From Lama glama (Eukaryota), in contig CM052816.1 of NCBI GenBank assembly GCA_028534125.1, positions 85,190,001-85,254,000 on the forward strand: DNA of 64,000 bases, given 5' to 3'. Positions 1 to 11,547 of this stretch are shown here, piece by piece (the first letter of the stretch is position 1; each line of letters opens with the position of its first letter). The notes under the pieces are model-generated. The model had not been told where the DNA came from. It saw only the letters and a list, made by a program, of their open reading frames with translations, and did not search any database. The translations under genes were made by a program, and so were the position numbers.

Positions 1-1994
1 AGAGGGTTTGTTTTTGTTGTGTGTTTCAGTCACATGCTGGCTCCTCCTATATTTGCAGTGCAATTAATATTCACAGTCCATGGACTGATAAGTCTCTTAT
101 GACTTTTCTAACCTCAAATAAAGTTTAAGTTACTAAATGCAGAAATTTAAAAAATCTTGCAGAGTTAATGTGTGTTTCTTTTTCCCCATTGCATTTTATG
201 CTAAATTCTAATCCAGGTTCCTGAAGATTTTGTAGTTTTCTTATCGATATTTTTGGAGGCAAGCAATGCAATGCAAAATGCCTTTGTGTGGGATGAGTCA
301 CTCCAAGCAGTTTGACTAGAGACAGCATATTAACATTGCTTGACAAAGCACCTTATTATTCAAGCACTGAAAGGGACAAAGAACTGTTTTTGAGTGAAAG
401 GGAAAGGAGAGGCAGAAGAGGAAAAACATCAGTACAAACTATAACAACTAGAAAATTGAATGAAAAGAATGAAGTCAAAGTTCTAGGAGGAATACCAAAT
501 GTGAGGATAGCCTCCTGCACAACTTATCAGCTGCACACAGGCCAAGGTCCTCTAAGAAATCCAATTTGTTTAGAGGAAGTGACCAAAAAGATAGAGCCAG
601 GCAAATGATCCAATGTGCCCTGTAACAAAACATACCGGAGAAGCAGCTTTCCTCAATTTGACATATTTCCCATTAAGTTTTGTCATTTATAAGAAACCAC
701 ATACTTTAAAGTGGCACAAAGAATCCCTAATTTGGTCAGAGTAACTATTATAGAACATTTTTTTAAAATTATGTATTAGAAAAAGGCACTGGCCACTGAA
801 ATAGTGAATTTGTGTTTTCTCAAAGTAATGAAGCTTTCAAAACCTGTATCATTTTATTTTAAAATATTCGAAAATGTATTCTCGATCATTTAAAGAAGTC
901 CAAACCTAATTAGGGAAGGTAAAAATAAAATAGTTTGGCAAGTTATTTCAGATAAAGATTCAAAAGGGGAAGCAGACTGTATGGACCACAGGATATCATT
1001 AACCTAAAAGACAAATACCATACTGTTGGGAATATGACTGAAACACTGTCCCAGTTATCTTAACATAAGGAAAAATGAGATACAGAAACTAAACATGAAA
1101 AATGTAGACATAAAGAAATGAAACAATTTGCATCAAGGAAGTAACTGACATACTACTAAAGTCTCTAAAATTGGCCATGTAGTCATGGAATTGCCAAATC
1201 TTAAGGTAAGTTTACCTACAGACATGACACAGGTTTAGCATAACCACCGGAATCTTAAAATATACCATACATACATACCTGTCTAAGCTTTCATCTCTAA
1301 TTTTACTTTATTAGCTTGGAGACAAATCAAGAGAATTTTTACTGTGGATTCACAGTTCAGTCTTCATATAGCTACATGCAAAGCAGAATGATTTTCCTCC
1401 AAGTTTCTTTCAATTCTAATTTACTTTAGTCACCACTTCCATATTTGCTCTATAACTGAATGAATGCTGCCTGTATAGTTATTAGCTGCCTATGTGCACA
1501 GTAGAAATTAATTGCATCACAGTTGTTTAAAAGTTCTGCAGCATCAAAAATTCTTGAAAGCATTTGCAGGCTTAATGTTGTGCAAAATGATCTATTAGCT
1601 ATAACTATATTTAAGTCTGTGTTGTCTTTATGCTGAAATAAAACAATTTTTCAGCTTGATGGAAAAATGCACTAAGTATCCTCAAAGTATCATTTTCTAA
1701 TGTGTATAAATTAATACTTTGACAATAAAATTCCCCTTATAGCAATTACATAATTTTTCATGGTTTCTCTCATCTATATTATATTTTCATGTACAGTCTC
1801 ATTTCAAATCTGGAGTGTGGAAAACCACTAAATGTCTTCTCATATAATGGAAATATATTTAAATTTCTAATTAATATATTTCCTAAGTACTTGAAGTAGT
1901 TAGATGGATAAAATAGGTGGGTGTTAGTTTACATGAAGTCTTTTTTCAAGTTGTTTCAAAATATTTAGAAACAAATAACGTTATGTGCATACAT

Positions 1995-2130
1995 CCAATC
2001 CACTCATGTTTATTTAATGCCTATTACATGCCAATCACAGTTTGAAGGTTTGGGAATGTATCTCTGAACAAGACAGACAGTTCTATCTTCCCAGAAATTT
2101 TGGCATTCTTCTTAGAGGAAAAGGCAAATA
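1995..2130 (-). mobile_element. LINE-2 3' end fragment
   Basis: 'ccactcatgtttatttaatgcctattacatgcc...tgaacaagacagacag' resembles the reverse complement of the L2 3' terminus; highly diverged. Confidence 0.55.
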
Positions 2131-2368
2131 AAATGAAAAAAAAAAAAAAAAAAAGATCAAATACCTAATTGAAAAACATTGAAGAAATAGAGTTTGTGAT
2201 TCATATTCTACAAATAATTCATATATGATAAAATACGATGAGGTATATAATAAATGTAGATTGGTTTGATATGGGAGAGTTCTCATACTTATGCTAAGAT
2301 AAAATGATAAAAATTTTAAAAGGGATCATTAAAAGTACCTCTACAGGGAAGAGGGCATTTGAAGAAGA

Positions 2369-4228
2369 GATTTCCCACTCTCAAGATTTCTATTCAACAT
2401 AGTATTGGAACTCCTAGCCACAGCAGTCAAAGGAAAAAGAAAGAAAGTAAATGTGTCCAAATTGACAGGGAAGATGTAAAATTGCCATTATATGCAGGTG
2501 ACATAATACTGTACATAGAAAACTAAAAACTCTACATAAAAACTACTAGAACTGATAAAAGTCAGCAAGGTAGCAGGATACAAGATTAACATACTGAAAT
2601 CAGCTGCATTTCCTTACACTAACAATGAAATATCAAAAAGGGAAAGTTAAAAAAGAAATCAATCCCTTTTGAAATCATATTAAAAAATAAAATACTAAAG
2701 AATAAACCTGACCATGGAGGTGAAAGAGTTATATGTTGAGAACTATAAAACACTGATAAAGGAAACTGAAGATGATTCAAAGAAATGGAAATCTAGCCCA
2801 TGCTCTTAGATTGGAACTAATATTGTTAAAATGACCATACTACCCAAAACAATCTACAGACTTAATGCAACCCCTATCAAATTACCCAGGACATTTTTCA
2901 AAGACCTGGAACAAATAACAAATAATCCTAAAATTTATATGGAACCATTAAAAAACAAACAAACAAACAAACAAACAAAAAACAGAATTGCCAAAGCAAT
3001 CCTGAGGCAAAAGAACAAAGCGGGAAGAACAACTCTCTGACTTCAGAAAGTACTGCGAAGCTACAGTAATCAAAACAATGTGGTAATGGCACAAGTGTTC
3101 AGAAATGGTTTTGAACAGACATATGGATCAATGGAACAGAATAGGAAGCCCAGAAATAAAGCCACTCATTTATGGGCAATTAATCTTTGACAAGATAATA
3201 CAATGGAGAAAAGACAGTCTTTTCAACAAGTGGTGTTGGGAAAGCCGGAAAGCTGCATGTAAATCAATGAAGTTAGAATGCTCCCTCATGCATATGCAAA
3301 AATAAACTCAAAATGGCTTAAAGACATAAATATAAGACATAATACCATAAAACTCCTAGCAAATAACACAGGCAAAATATCTCTGACATTAACTATATAA
3401 TGTTTTCTTAGATCAGTCAACTGAGCTTTTGCATAGTGATTAAAACCATGAACAAAATGAAAAGACAACCTATGAACTGGGAGAAAATATTTTCAAATGA
3501 TGCAATCAGCAAGGTCTAATTTCAAAATTAAACAGCTCATACAACTCAATAACAAAAAGACAACCCAATCAAAAAATGGGCAGAAGAGTTAGATAGACAT
3601 TTCTCCAAAGAAGACATACAGATAGCCAACAGGCATTATGAAGAGATGCTCAATGTTGTTAATTATTAGAGAAATGCAAATCAAAACTACAATGAGGTAC
3701 CATCTCATACCAGTAAGAATACCCATCATTAAAAAGTCTACAAATGACAAATATTGGAGGGGATGTGGAGAAAAGGGAATTCTTCTACACTGTTGGTGGG
3801 AATGTAAAGTGGTGCAGCCACTGTGGAAAACAGTATGGAGATTCCTTAAAAAACTAAAAATAGAGTTGCCATTTGATCCAGCAACAGCACTTCCGGATGA
3901 ATATCCAGAGAAAACTCTCATTCAAAAAGATACATGCACCCCAATGATCATAGTAGCACTACTTACAATAGCCAAGATATGGAAGCAATCTAAATGGCGA
4001 CTGAATGGATAAAGACGTGGAATATTTATACAATGGAGTACTACTCAGCCATAAAAAGTATGATATAATGCCATTTTCAGCAATCTGGATGGACCTGGAG
4101 AGTATCATACTAAGTGAAGTAAATCAGAAAGAAAAACAAATATGATATCGCTTATATGTGGAAACTATAATATGGCACAAATGAACATATTTATTGAACA
4201 GACTCATAGACATGGAAAACAAACTTCT
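2369..4228 (+). mobile_element. LINE-1, 5'-truncated: ORF2 RT/C-terminal region and start of 3' UTR, inactivated
   Basis: RT catalytic F/YADD motif decayed to LYAGDIILY (tatgcaggtgac 2491-2502). ORF-track peptides [30 protein letters not shown]...FNKWCWE and HLIPVR...[29 protein letters not shown] are L1 ORF2p C-terminal motifs. Many stops and frameshifts. Confidence 0.95.
2953..2982 (+). repeat. (AAAC)n microsatellite inside L1
   Basis: aaacaaacaaacaaacaaacaaacaaaaac seen directly. Confidence 0.9.
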
Positions 4229-4482
4229 GCTTGTTGAAAAGATACAGTAAGTTTATAGTTCATTTGGATAAAGATAGCATGTATGTAACGGATTGTGTCT
4301 GTCTAGCTATATAAACAGGGTAAGATTTCTCTCAGTCTTTGTAATCTTTTCAGCATATTACATGTGATACACTTTATATTTTGATTTAATGCTAATATTT
4401 AGAGATAAAATTATTTTATTCTTTTATTTTGTGGATAGGTTTATTGAGTTGGCAGGATACTTTAAATTCTATGTCTTCAACA
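4229..4482 (+). mobile_element. 5' LTR remnant (3' half) of the ERV1 provirus, MER4/MER34-group-like
   Basis: TATA-like 'tatataaa' near 4308, degenerate polyA signal 'gataaaa' near 4404, ends in CA directly before a PBS. Its first ~20 nt (cttgttgaaaagatacagtaag) resemble 9544-9564 (cttgtcaaaaagatacacgaag). Confidence 0.7.
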
Positions 4483-4485
4483 GTC

Positions 4486-4503
4486 TGACAATGAGGACAG
4501 GAT
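4486..4503 (+). promoter_or_regulatory. Degenerate retroviral primer-binding site, probably tRNA-Ser(GCU)
   Basis: tgacaatgaggacaggat vs TGGCGACGAGGATGGGAT (complement of the tRNA-Ser GCU 3' end, from memory): 13/18 matches, all mismatches transitions, two at CpGs; 3 nt after the LTR CA. Confidence 0.65.
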
Positions 4504-5886
4504 TGATCTGGCAGTTCCTGAATTGAGCAGGCCAGCTGAGGGTCTCATGGCAACACAACAATCAAGTAAGAAACTCCAATTTACAAAAAAAGAAAGTCTT
4601 CCTTCTGGCTCTCTGCTGTTTTGGAATAGAACCAGATAAAACATTCTCTCCAAATTCAAGATTCTATGATAGGATAAACATCAGTAATGCAAGCTCTTAA
4701 ATCTTGTCAAGATCACCATTAGCTTTGATGGTACAAAAATATGGTAAGCCAGGAATGTATCCTGCAAGCCTTTCTCATAATTAGCTTGCATCTTTCCACA
4801 TGTTTGGAATAGATATACAGATATGAATCCAGTTCTGCAGTAAACCAGAGGACAGTACTCCTGATTTTAATAAATAAGGTATTTATAGGTGTTCTTAGAA
4901 GAAATTTGTCCAAAGTAAATGGAATGCTGCTATTTGTGGGGTGAATATCATTCTAAGAGGCAAGTTTTTAAAAAAAGATAGCCTGAAGAAAATATTAATA
5001 GGAAATGTGATGATTAAAGTTACTTTCTCTTTCATAGAATCCTTCTTCTTTTCCTACTGTTCCCACCCTCTTTCATCCTCCTGTATCTCTTAGTCTCTCC
5101 ATTTCCTCAGATCAACTCCTGGGAAGAGGGAGGCAATGGTCTTCTGGATGAGTGGTCCTGGTCATGAGTGGATTCCTCTGAAAAGAGGGAATATATTTGG
5201 CTGATATGAGTCATTTGCTTTGAGGATACAAGTTTGTGAATCTCATGTGGGATCATTTCATGTATTAACCCAGATTTCACCTCCAAGAATCCACATACCA
5301 TGCAGCTAGGAAGCAGAAATGATAGGGATATGATCAGAGTATATGGAGATCTTGGATAAAAGGCTGTGTCCCTATGTAAAGGCAATAGGTTAGACAGCCA
5401 TTGCACTAGTCACTTGGAAAAAGGCAAACAGAAATACAAGGTGGAAACACACCAGCATAGGGAAAAAATCGGAATTCCATAAATTCTACATTGTTATCAC
5501 AACAGGAGGACAATTAGCCCTTCTGACTCAGACTGCCAGAGGAGCTGATGCCAGTAAGAAGCTACCCAGCCCTCCTATGTAATCCACCTTCCCTCCTCAC
5601 CTGCTGTTATTATTCCTTTGAAGTATTTTTTCCTCTTCCCTACTGTGCTTTCTTGTCAACTATTCAAACTCAAGTGAAAAGAAAGAGTGTAGGATAGCAA
5701 AGATAAGCTATTACTCAAATCTTAGCAGCAGCTACTCAATTTAGGGACAACACAAAGATCAGACAAGGAAAAGAAATAAAACAATTTTAAAATACAGTAT
5801 TTACTGCTGAGTTAGAAGTATTTACTCAATATAACCCTTACTCTGTACATCCTCTGATGGGAGCTAAGGAAGAAAGAAACACTGTA

Positions 5887-5928
5887 TATCGTTATTGCAA
5901 GAGGCCAGGACACAGGAAGATGGATTGT
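5887..5928 (+). pseudogene. gag: ERV Gag nucleocapsid zinc knuckle remnant
   Basis: Translates YRYCKRPGHRKMDC = CX2CX4HX4C with the first Cys changed TGT>TAT. Confidence 0.8.
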
Positions 5929-6112
5929 AGAAAGAGACTGAGAAACACAGAAATGTCACAAACAAGGGATTCAGGACATCCCAGAAGGACAAAATCCTCA
6001 GCCAGGGAATGACTGACAAATGGCTTAAAATTGATGTACTGAGGGTATCTCAGAGGTAATCACTGGCGAAGTATGTTTCAGTATCTTTCCTGTGTGCTCC
6101 CTTATTCTTGCC

Positions 6113-6451
6113 TTTCTGGTACACACGGGTGCTATTTATTCTTTAGTGAGTGTGTATATGTCCATGAATGACTGAAAAATTGTGCTGAACACTGGAATTT
6201 GACACATTGTAAAATGATTATAAATCAATAAAAAATGTTAAAAAATTAAAAAAAAAAAGAAATTCCTTGCTTTCGATCTGACGATAAATCAGTACCAGTT
6301 GCTGGTATTTTCAGTCAAGCTTCCACTTTTTTTTTTAACTTTCCCTTTTCTTCAGAGTTTTGCATACAAATATGTTCCTCTAATTGAGGAACATGTTTCT
6401 TCCCCCCAGTCCTAACTCACCTGTTAAACCAGCTGGGGAGACATTTGCTAT
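6113..6451 (+). pseudogene. pro: ERV aspartic protease remnant interrupted by an L1 tail
   Basis: FLVHTGAIYSL at 6113-6145 (FLVDTGA motif with D>H) and QLGRHLL at ~6430-6450 (LLGRDLL motif). Confidence 0.8.
6146..6259 (+). mobile_element. Very short young L1 3' end with poly(A)
   Basis: Near-identical to 11442-11547 (gagtgtgtatatgtccatgaatgactgaaaaattgtgctgaacactggaatttgacac...aatcaataaaa) and ends in an A-tail. Confidence 0.9.
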
Positions 6452-6689
6452 ACAAATCGAAAGCCTCCATATTCTACACTCCCGCTCCCTGGGGGAATAA
6501 AAGGCATTTTATTTGGTCATTTTATCCATTCTGAAAGAAAAGGGGTATGATAGAGAGTGTCAGTCTCACACTGTGTTGGATAAACACCCTCAATGGAAAC
6601 AAACTGATGTATCATCTTGGCCCTGGAGCATAAAAATACTCATTTAACTGGTTATATAAAACCAATCAAATAGCTATTAAAACAATAAG

Positions 6690-8125
6690 CCATGGCCAGG
6701 TATAAAATAATATCCTTGTCAAGCACTCACTAAGGCTTGAAACAGTTATACAAGAATTAGAAGATAAGAGATAAATAAAAAGGGAGTCACTCTGCTAGTC
6801 CCATACTTTGGGTTTAAAAAGAAGGAAGGTAAATTTGATCAAAGTGGTCACCTCTCCACCACTGTATGGATTCGTAAAAGATCTTCATGAAGAAAATAGA
6901 TTTGTTGTTTCAATAACTACTGTAGTTTCTAACTCTGCAACTATTCTGATTTTGCTGCCATCATCTATAAAGCTTTTCTCTAAAGCTGATCTATATTCAG
7001 TTTAAATAAAAAATAAAAATAAAAACCATTATTCTACTGAATGACTATTATAGTTTTGTTGACATGTGCTTATAAATGAGTCCATTATTTATGGCAAAGG
7101 AATTCATAAGATTTCAAGTATCTTCTTGTTTTCTCCTGTTATTGTACAAAAAAAAAAACTTGAAGAAATCTGTCCCACCAGAGAGATCTATGAATTATTT
7201 ACAATGTAGATGATTTGCTGCTGCCCTTGGAAACTAAAGAGCAATGTAAAACTCGTACTTGTACTTGGCTACAGTTCCTTGCTTCACAGGGGCATAAGAC
7301 CTCACTAGACAAATTACAGCACTGCCAAAGTGAAGTAAAATAGTTAGGGTCTCTGTTGTCAGCTGAAGGCAGCAAGCATTATAATCTAGGAGTCAGCTAA
7401 TTCTGCTTATGAAATAGGCTACTAAAGAAAAAAAAAAAAAAGAAGCAGCAGCAAACAAAACCCCAAATAGACATTTTGGGGACAAGTAGGGTACTACAGA
7501 TGATGGGTCCCAGGTTTTGAAAAAGCCACAAAACCACTATTATGTGGTAATCTCCAGATCTTCTGGGTGATCTCCAGCTTCCTAGGAGCTGAAGAGACTG
7601 AACTGAAATAGGCCATAGTCTCTCTCTCAGCTTTGGGGATTTCTGACTTTGAGAAGCCTTTCCACATGCTTTGCTATGAAAATAAAGGTGCTGCTGGTGA
7701 AACTTTAACTTAGAACTTGTGAGTAGACTGGACATCAAAGCATATTCCTCTATTCTTCTGCAAGTAGTGGCAAGGAGAATGTACCTCTCCCTTTCAACTA
7801 ATATTTGACAGGTCTACAAATTTGGGTGTCAGATCCTGTCCTGTGCCTGATTTAACTGAATCCAACATAATTGCTTTCAGTATTTAAAAAGGGCTCCTCT
7901 CTTGCCTAGAAACTAGAGAAAAAGTCATAAGGACCTGGAGGGACCAACATGGAGAAGTCTGTCATCTCTACTGGGAGATTTCATCAACATAAAAAAGTTC
8001 CAGAGGAAAGACGGGCTGTCCCCATGCTGAGAGGGATCCTTTCAAGCGTAGCAGATCATTCAGAAAGCTATCAAAGTACAGTGAATACCCCCTTGAGATT
8101 CATGCTTCCTGTATGAAGCCAGCAC
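6690..8125 (+). pseudogene. pol: ERV pol remnant (RT, connection/RNase H start, integrase C-terminus; integrase core deleted)
   Basis: YGFVKDLHEENRFVV...VVSNSATILILLP...FSKADLYS (cf. YRFVQDLR..N...VPNPYTLL...F.VIDL); LQ-[2-nt deletion]-VDDLLL at 7199-7223 (YVDD); FLASQGHKTSLDKLQHCQSEVK*LG; FWGQVGYYR*WVPGF; AYSSILLQVVARR; KFQRKDGLSPC*EGSFQ...AIKVQ...IHASCMKPA (GPY/F region). Confidence 0.88.
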
Positions 8126-9197
8126 CTCAGGAGAACTGAATTGTGGCCTCCACAAAACACCTGAAATCTAAGTTTTCCAGAGTAACTGAAAGGAGGAATT
8201 CTAGAGAACCTACTACTATGCTTATTTTTTACCTTAATGCATTATTTACAGTGACAGTTGTTCCAATAACTTTAAGGATCACATTTTACTAGAAAACAAG
8301 CATTTAACTTGCTGTATGACTTTTCTTCCTGTATTTCCAGTAATACACACAGAAGGGAACTAGGTACTGAGACTACACTGGAAAAGATTTAAAAATGTAG
8401 GAAAGAGAAACTTTTAATTAATAGACAAAGAAATCTGGCATTTATAGACAGAGGCTACAAAAGATAGGTCCAATGTCATCCAATTAACATTGGAATATAA
8501 GTTCTTCCTGGTAAAAGTATAGACAGATAAACAAAGGTGGACACCTATTATTCATGGAGACATAATTAACTTATAATAATACAGCTATTGATTTTGACCA
8601 ATGTGAAAAATGGCCCACGGATTGTATTTGTTCTAATGACTTAAAACAATTAGAGCTATGTACATTAAACACTGGATTTTCAATCTGAACACTTGAATGA
8701 GTTTCTCAGAATAAGACTTTGAAACCAGCTAATGGCCATGGGCATCTTTGTGTTTCACATCTGGGAAAAATTATCTGGGAAGACAGAATAATTCTCGAAG
8801 CACCTAGATTAGTGTGTAAATGTAACATTACTTACGTGATTGATGAAAACTCAAGAAAAATTGGCTTTACAAAAAAACACCCTTAGATAAAAATTTAATT
8901 ATCAAGCTCAAGAGTCAAACAATAAAGACATCACAACAATTTGTGTAATTAATGTACAATAAAGGACAAACTTATCATATTGCTAATCAAGACTCTGCCT
9001 TAACCATTATTGGTATGATATATTTAAAGATAATTTCCTAAGACTATTATTGTATTTTATGTTTTAAATCCATCATATTGTAATTCTGATGATTGCTTTG
9101 CCTTTTTTTTTTTTTTTTTAGTTTGGGACCTGCTAGATATTTAGATAGCCAAATTTCTCTATAATTGTCCAGAGAAAGGTGGAACTAGAAATGGAGA

Positions 9198-9565
9198 TAC
9201 TGGGAAAAAAACCATAGTGTTACTAATATGAAGAATGCAAAGGTAAATACAAATGTAAAGGTAATAATGAGTTTTAGATTTTCCTAGTGCTGAAAGGGAA
9301 AGAGAACTAACTCCCTCTTTTAGCATTTTCCTTTTTTAAAAACTTGTATTTGTAAATCATTTCTCTGTATCTTTCAGATATATGCAATTTTTCAAAAAGA
9401 TAAATGATCCTCTTGCCAGTTTTGAATTCCAGGAGTGTCTTTCTTGAGGGTTTTGGAATATGAACATCAAGGAGGGTGGCAACCTGTAATCTACTCTCTG
9501 TGGGAGCTTAGCCAAGGCACTTGGCTTCAAGCTATAAATTCCTCTTGTCAAAAAGATACACGAAG
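9198..9565 (+). mobile_element. 3' LTR remnant (U3 half) of the ERV1 provirus
   Basis: Follows a purine-rich tract; starts tactgggaaaa (decayed TGTTGGG); 'cctcttgccagttttgaattccaggagtgtctttcttgagg' resembles ERV1 LTR U3; overlaps the 5' LTR remnant in sequence by ~20 nt. Confidence 0.65.
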
Positions 9566-9789
9566 TGACTGCAGTAGCAAAATTAAACTCATTTTCTGAA
9601 GCTGAAACCAATAAATAAGGGTAATAATGCATTTTAGAGCACTGACCATGCTTACAAGGATAAAATCTTTAGCACAATATTTTCCTTCTTTACATATCCA
9701 CCTTCATTACCCATCACTGTACTCACTTCCACTACTGGGCTTCCCATACGCCCATAAATACCAATAATGTATACATAACATCTTATTTC

Positions 9790-10312
9790 TTTTTTTTTTA
9801 AATTGACATATAGTCCGTTTACAATGTTGTATTAATTCCGGTATACAGCATAGTGTATAGTGATTCAGTTATATGTATTCCTTTTCATATTCTTTTTCAT
9901 TACAGGCTATTACAAGGTTATTGAATATAGCTCCCTGTTCTATACAGTAGGATCTCGTTGTTTACCTAATTTATATACAGCAGTTAGTATCTGACAATCC
10001 CAAACTCCCAATTTATCCCTCAGCTATTCACCTCATTCCCCTCTGATAACTGTAAGTTTGTTTTCTATGTCTGCAAGTCTGTCTCTGTTTTGTAAATAGG
10101 TTCATTTGTGTTATTTTCTTGAAATTCCACATGTAAGTGATACCATATGGTATTTTTATTTCTTTCTCTGGCTTACTTCATTTAGTATGAAAATGTCCAG
10201 GTCCATCCATGTTGCTGTGAATAGCATAATTTTATTCTCTTTTATATCTGAGTAGTATTCCATTATGTGTGTGTGTGTATACATATATGTATCACAACTC
10301 TTTTATTCAATC
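9790..10312 (-). mobile_element. LINE-1 3' end (cetartiodactyl-type 3' UTR)
   Basis: Poly(T) followed by 'aattgacatatagtccgtttacaatgttg...gtccatccatgttgctg', the reverse complement of an L1 3' UTR; related to 44278-44916 and 61141-61461. Confidence 0.9.
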
Positions 10313-10550
10313 ATCATTATTTCTGATCTTGGTAAGATACATTGTCACAGTGTCTTTGTGTGAATAACCCTTATCTCATATACTCGGAGAATTCCTACTT
10401 TAAAAAATTACTCACATGGATGATATCCTGTTTATAAGATATAAACTGTTGTTTGTTAAGTGTTCTCAAACACGTTGGGAAAACTAATTTTGGTGAGGTC
10501 CCCACCATTACATGATTTCTCAAAACTTCACCTTTTAAAAAAGTGGCTTC

Positions 10551-11547
10551 TAGAGAAATAAAATATGTTAAAAATGAAATTGAAGCTATAAAGAAGAGCC
10601 AAGCAAAATGGGAAAACTCATTGACAGAGATGAGGAATGATCTAACAGCGGTGCAAAGCCGACTAGTTAATGTGCAGAGGAACGAATTAGTGATCTAGAA
10701 GACAGGGCAACAGAAAGCACCCATTCAGAAGAACTACAAGATAAGCAAATAAAAAATAATGATAATAGCATAAGGGACCTATGGGATAATATAAAGCGTC
10801 CCAATCTTCGCATAATAGGGGTCCCAGAAGGGGAAGAAGGATCAAAGGGAATTGAAAAGGTTTTTGAAGAAATCATGACTGAAAACTNNNNNNNNNNNNN
10901 NNNNNNNNNNNNNNNNNNNNNNNNNNNNNNNNNNNNNNNNNNNNNNNNNNNNNNNNNNNNNNNNNNNNNNNNNNNNNNNNNNNNNNNNNNNNNNNNNNNN
11001 NNNNNNNNNNNNNNNNNNNNNNNNNNNNNNNNNNNNNNNNNNNNNNNNNNNNNNNNNNNNNNNNNNNNNNNNNNNNNNNNNNNNNNNNNNNNNNNNNNNN
11101 NNNNNNNNNNNNNNNNNNNNNNNNNNNNNNNNNNNNNNNNNNNNNNNNNNNNNNNNNNNNNNNNNNNNNNNNNNNNNNNNNNNNNNNNNNNNNNNNNNNN
11201 NNNNNNNNNNNNNNNNNNNNNNNNNNNNNNNNNNNNNNNNNNNNNNNNNNNNNNNNNNNNNNNNNNNNNNNNNNNNNNNNNNNNNNNNNNNNNNNNNNNN
11301 NNNNNNNNNNNNNNNNNNNNNNNNNNNNNNNNNNNNNNNNNNNNNNNNNNNNNNNNNNNNNNNNNNNNNNNNNNNNNNNNNNNNNNNACAGGGAAATATA
11401 CACAAAATGTTATGATAAATCACAGAGAAAAAAATGTGACAATGAGTGTGTATATGTCCATGAATGACTGAAAAATTGTGCTGAACACTGGAATTTGACA
11501 CAACACTGTAAAATGATTATGAATCAATAAAAATATATTAAAAAAAA
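10551..11547 (+). mobile_element. Young 5'-truncated LINE-1 (ORF1 part, assembly gap, 3' UTR and poly(A)) with TSD
   Basis: ORF1p motif RISDLEDR...SIRDLWDNIKRPNLRIIGVPEGEE...IEKVFEEIMTEN before the gap; L1 3' end after it. TSD aaaaaagtggcttc (10537-10550) vs aaaaacgtggcttc (11543-11556). Confidence 0.9.
10888..11387. other. Assembly gap, exactly 500 N
   Basis: Seen directly. Confidence 1.

Larger units (their letters stand above)
4229..9565 (+). mobile_element. Decayed class I (gamma-like, ERV1) provirus with LTR-PBS-gag-pro-pol-(env)-LTR order and internal deletions
   Basis: Motifs occur in order: LTR end ...ttcaaca (4482), PBS 4486-4503, Gag knuckle 5887-5928, protease 6113-6451, RT ~6810-7520, connection/RNase H start ~7680-7900, integrase C-terminus ~7990-8125, purine-rich tract ~9171-9197, 3' LTR part 9198-9565. 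Confidence 0.85.

Noticed and set aside
2831..4012. ORFs of 60-124 aa with recognisable protein motifs
   Set aside because: Broken L1 ORF2 frames and their antisense shadows, not host genes.
4232..4482. 7-bp terminal inverted repeat TGTTGAA...TTCAACA suggesting a complete 251-bp LTR or MITE
   Set aside because: The left end matches an internal position of the 3' LTR (~9545), so it is a truncation point and the inverted repeat is probably coincidental; no TSD.
10842..11501. Long ORFs of 176-219 aa
   Set aside because: Artefacts of reading through the N gap.
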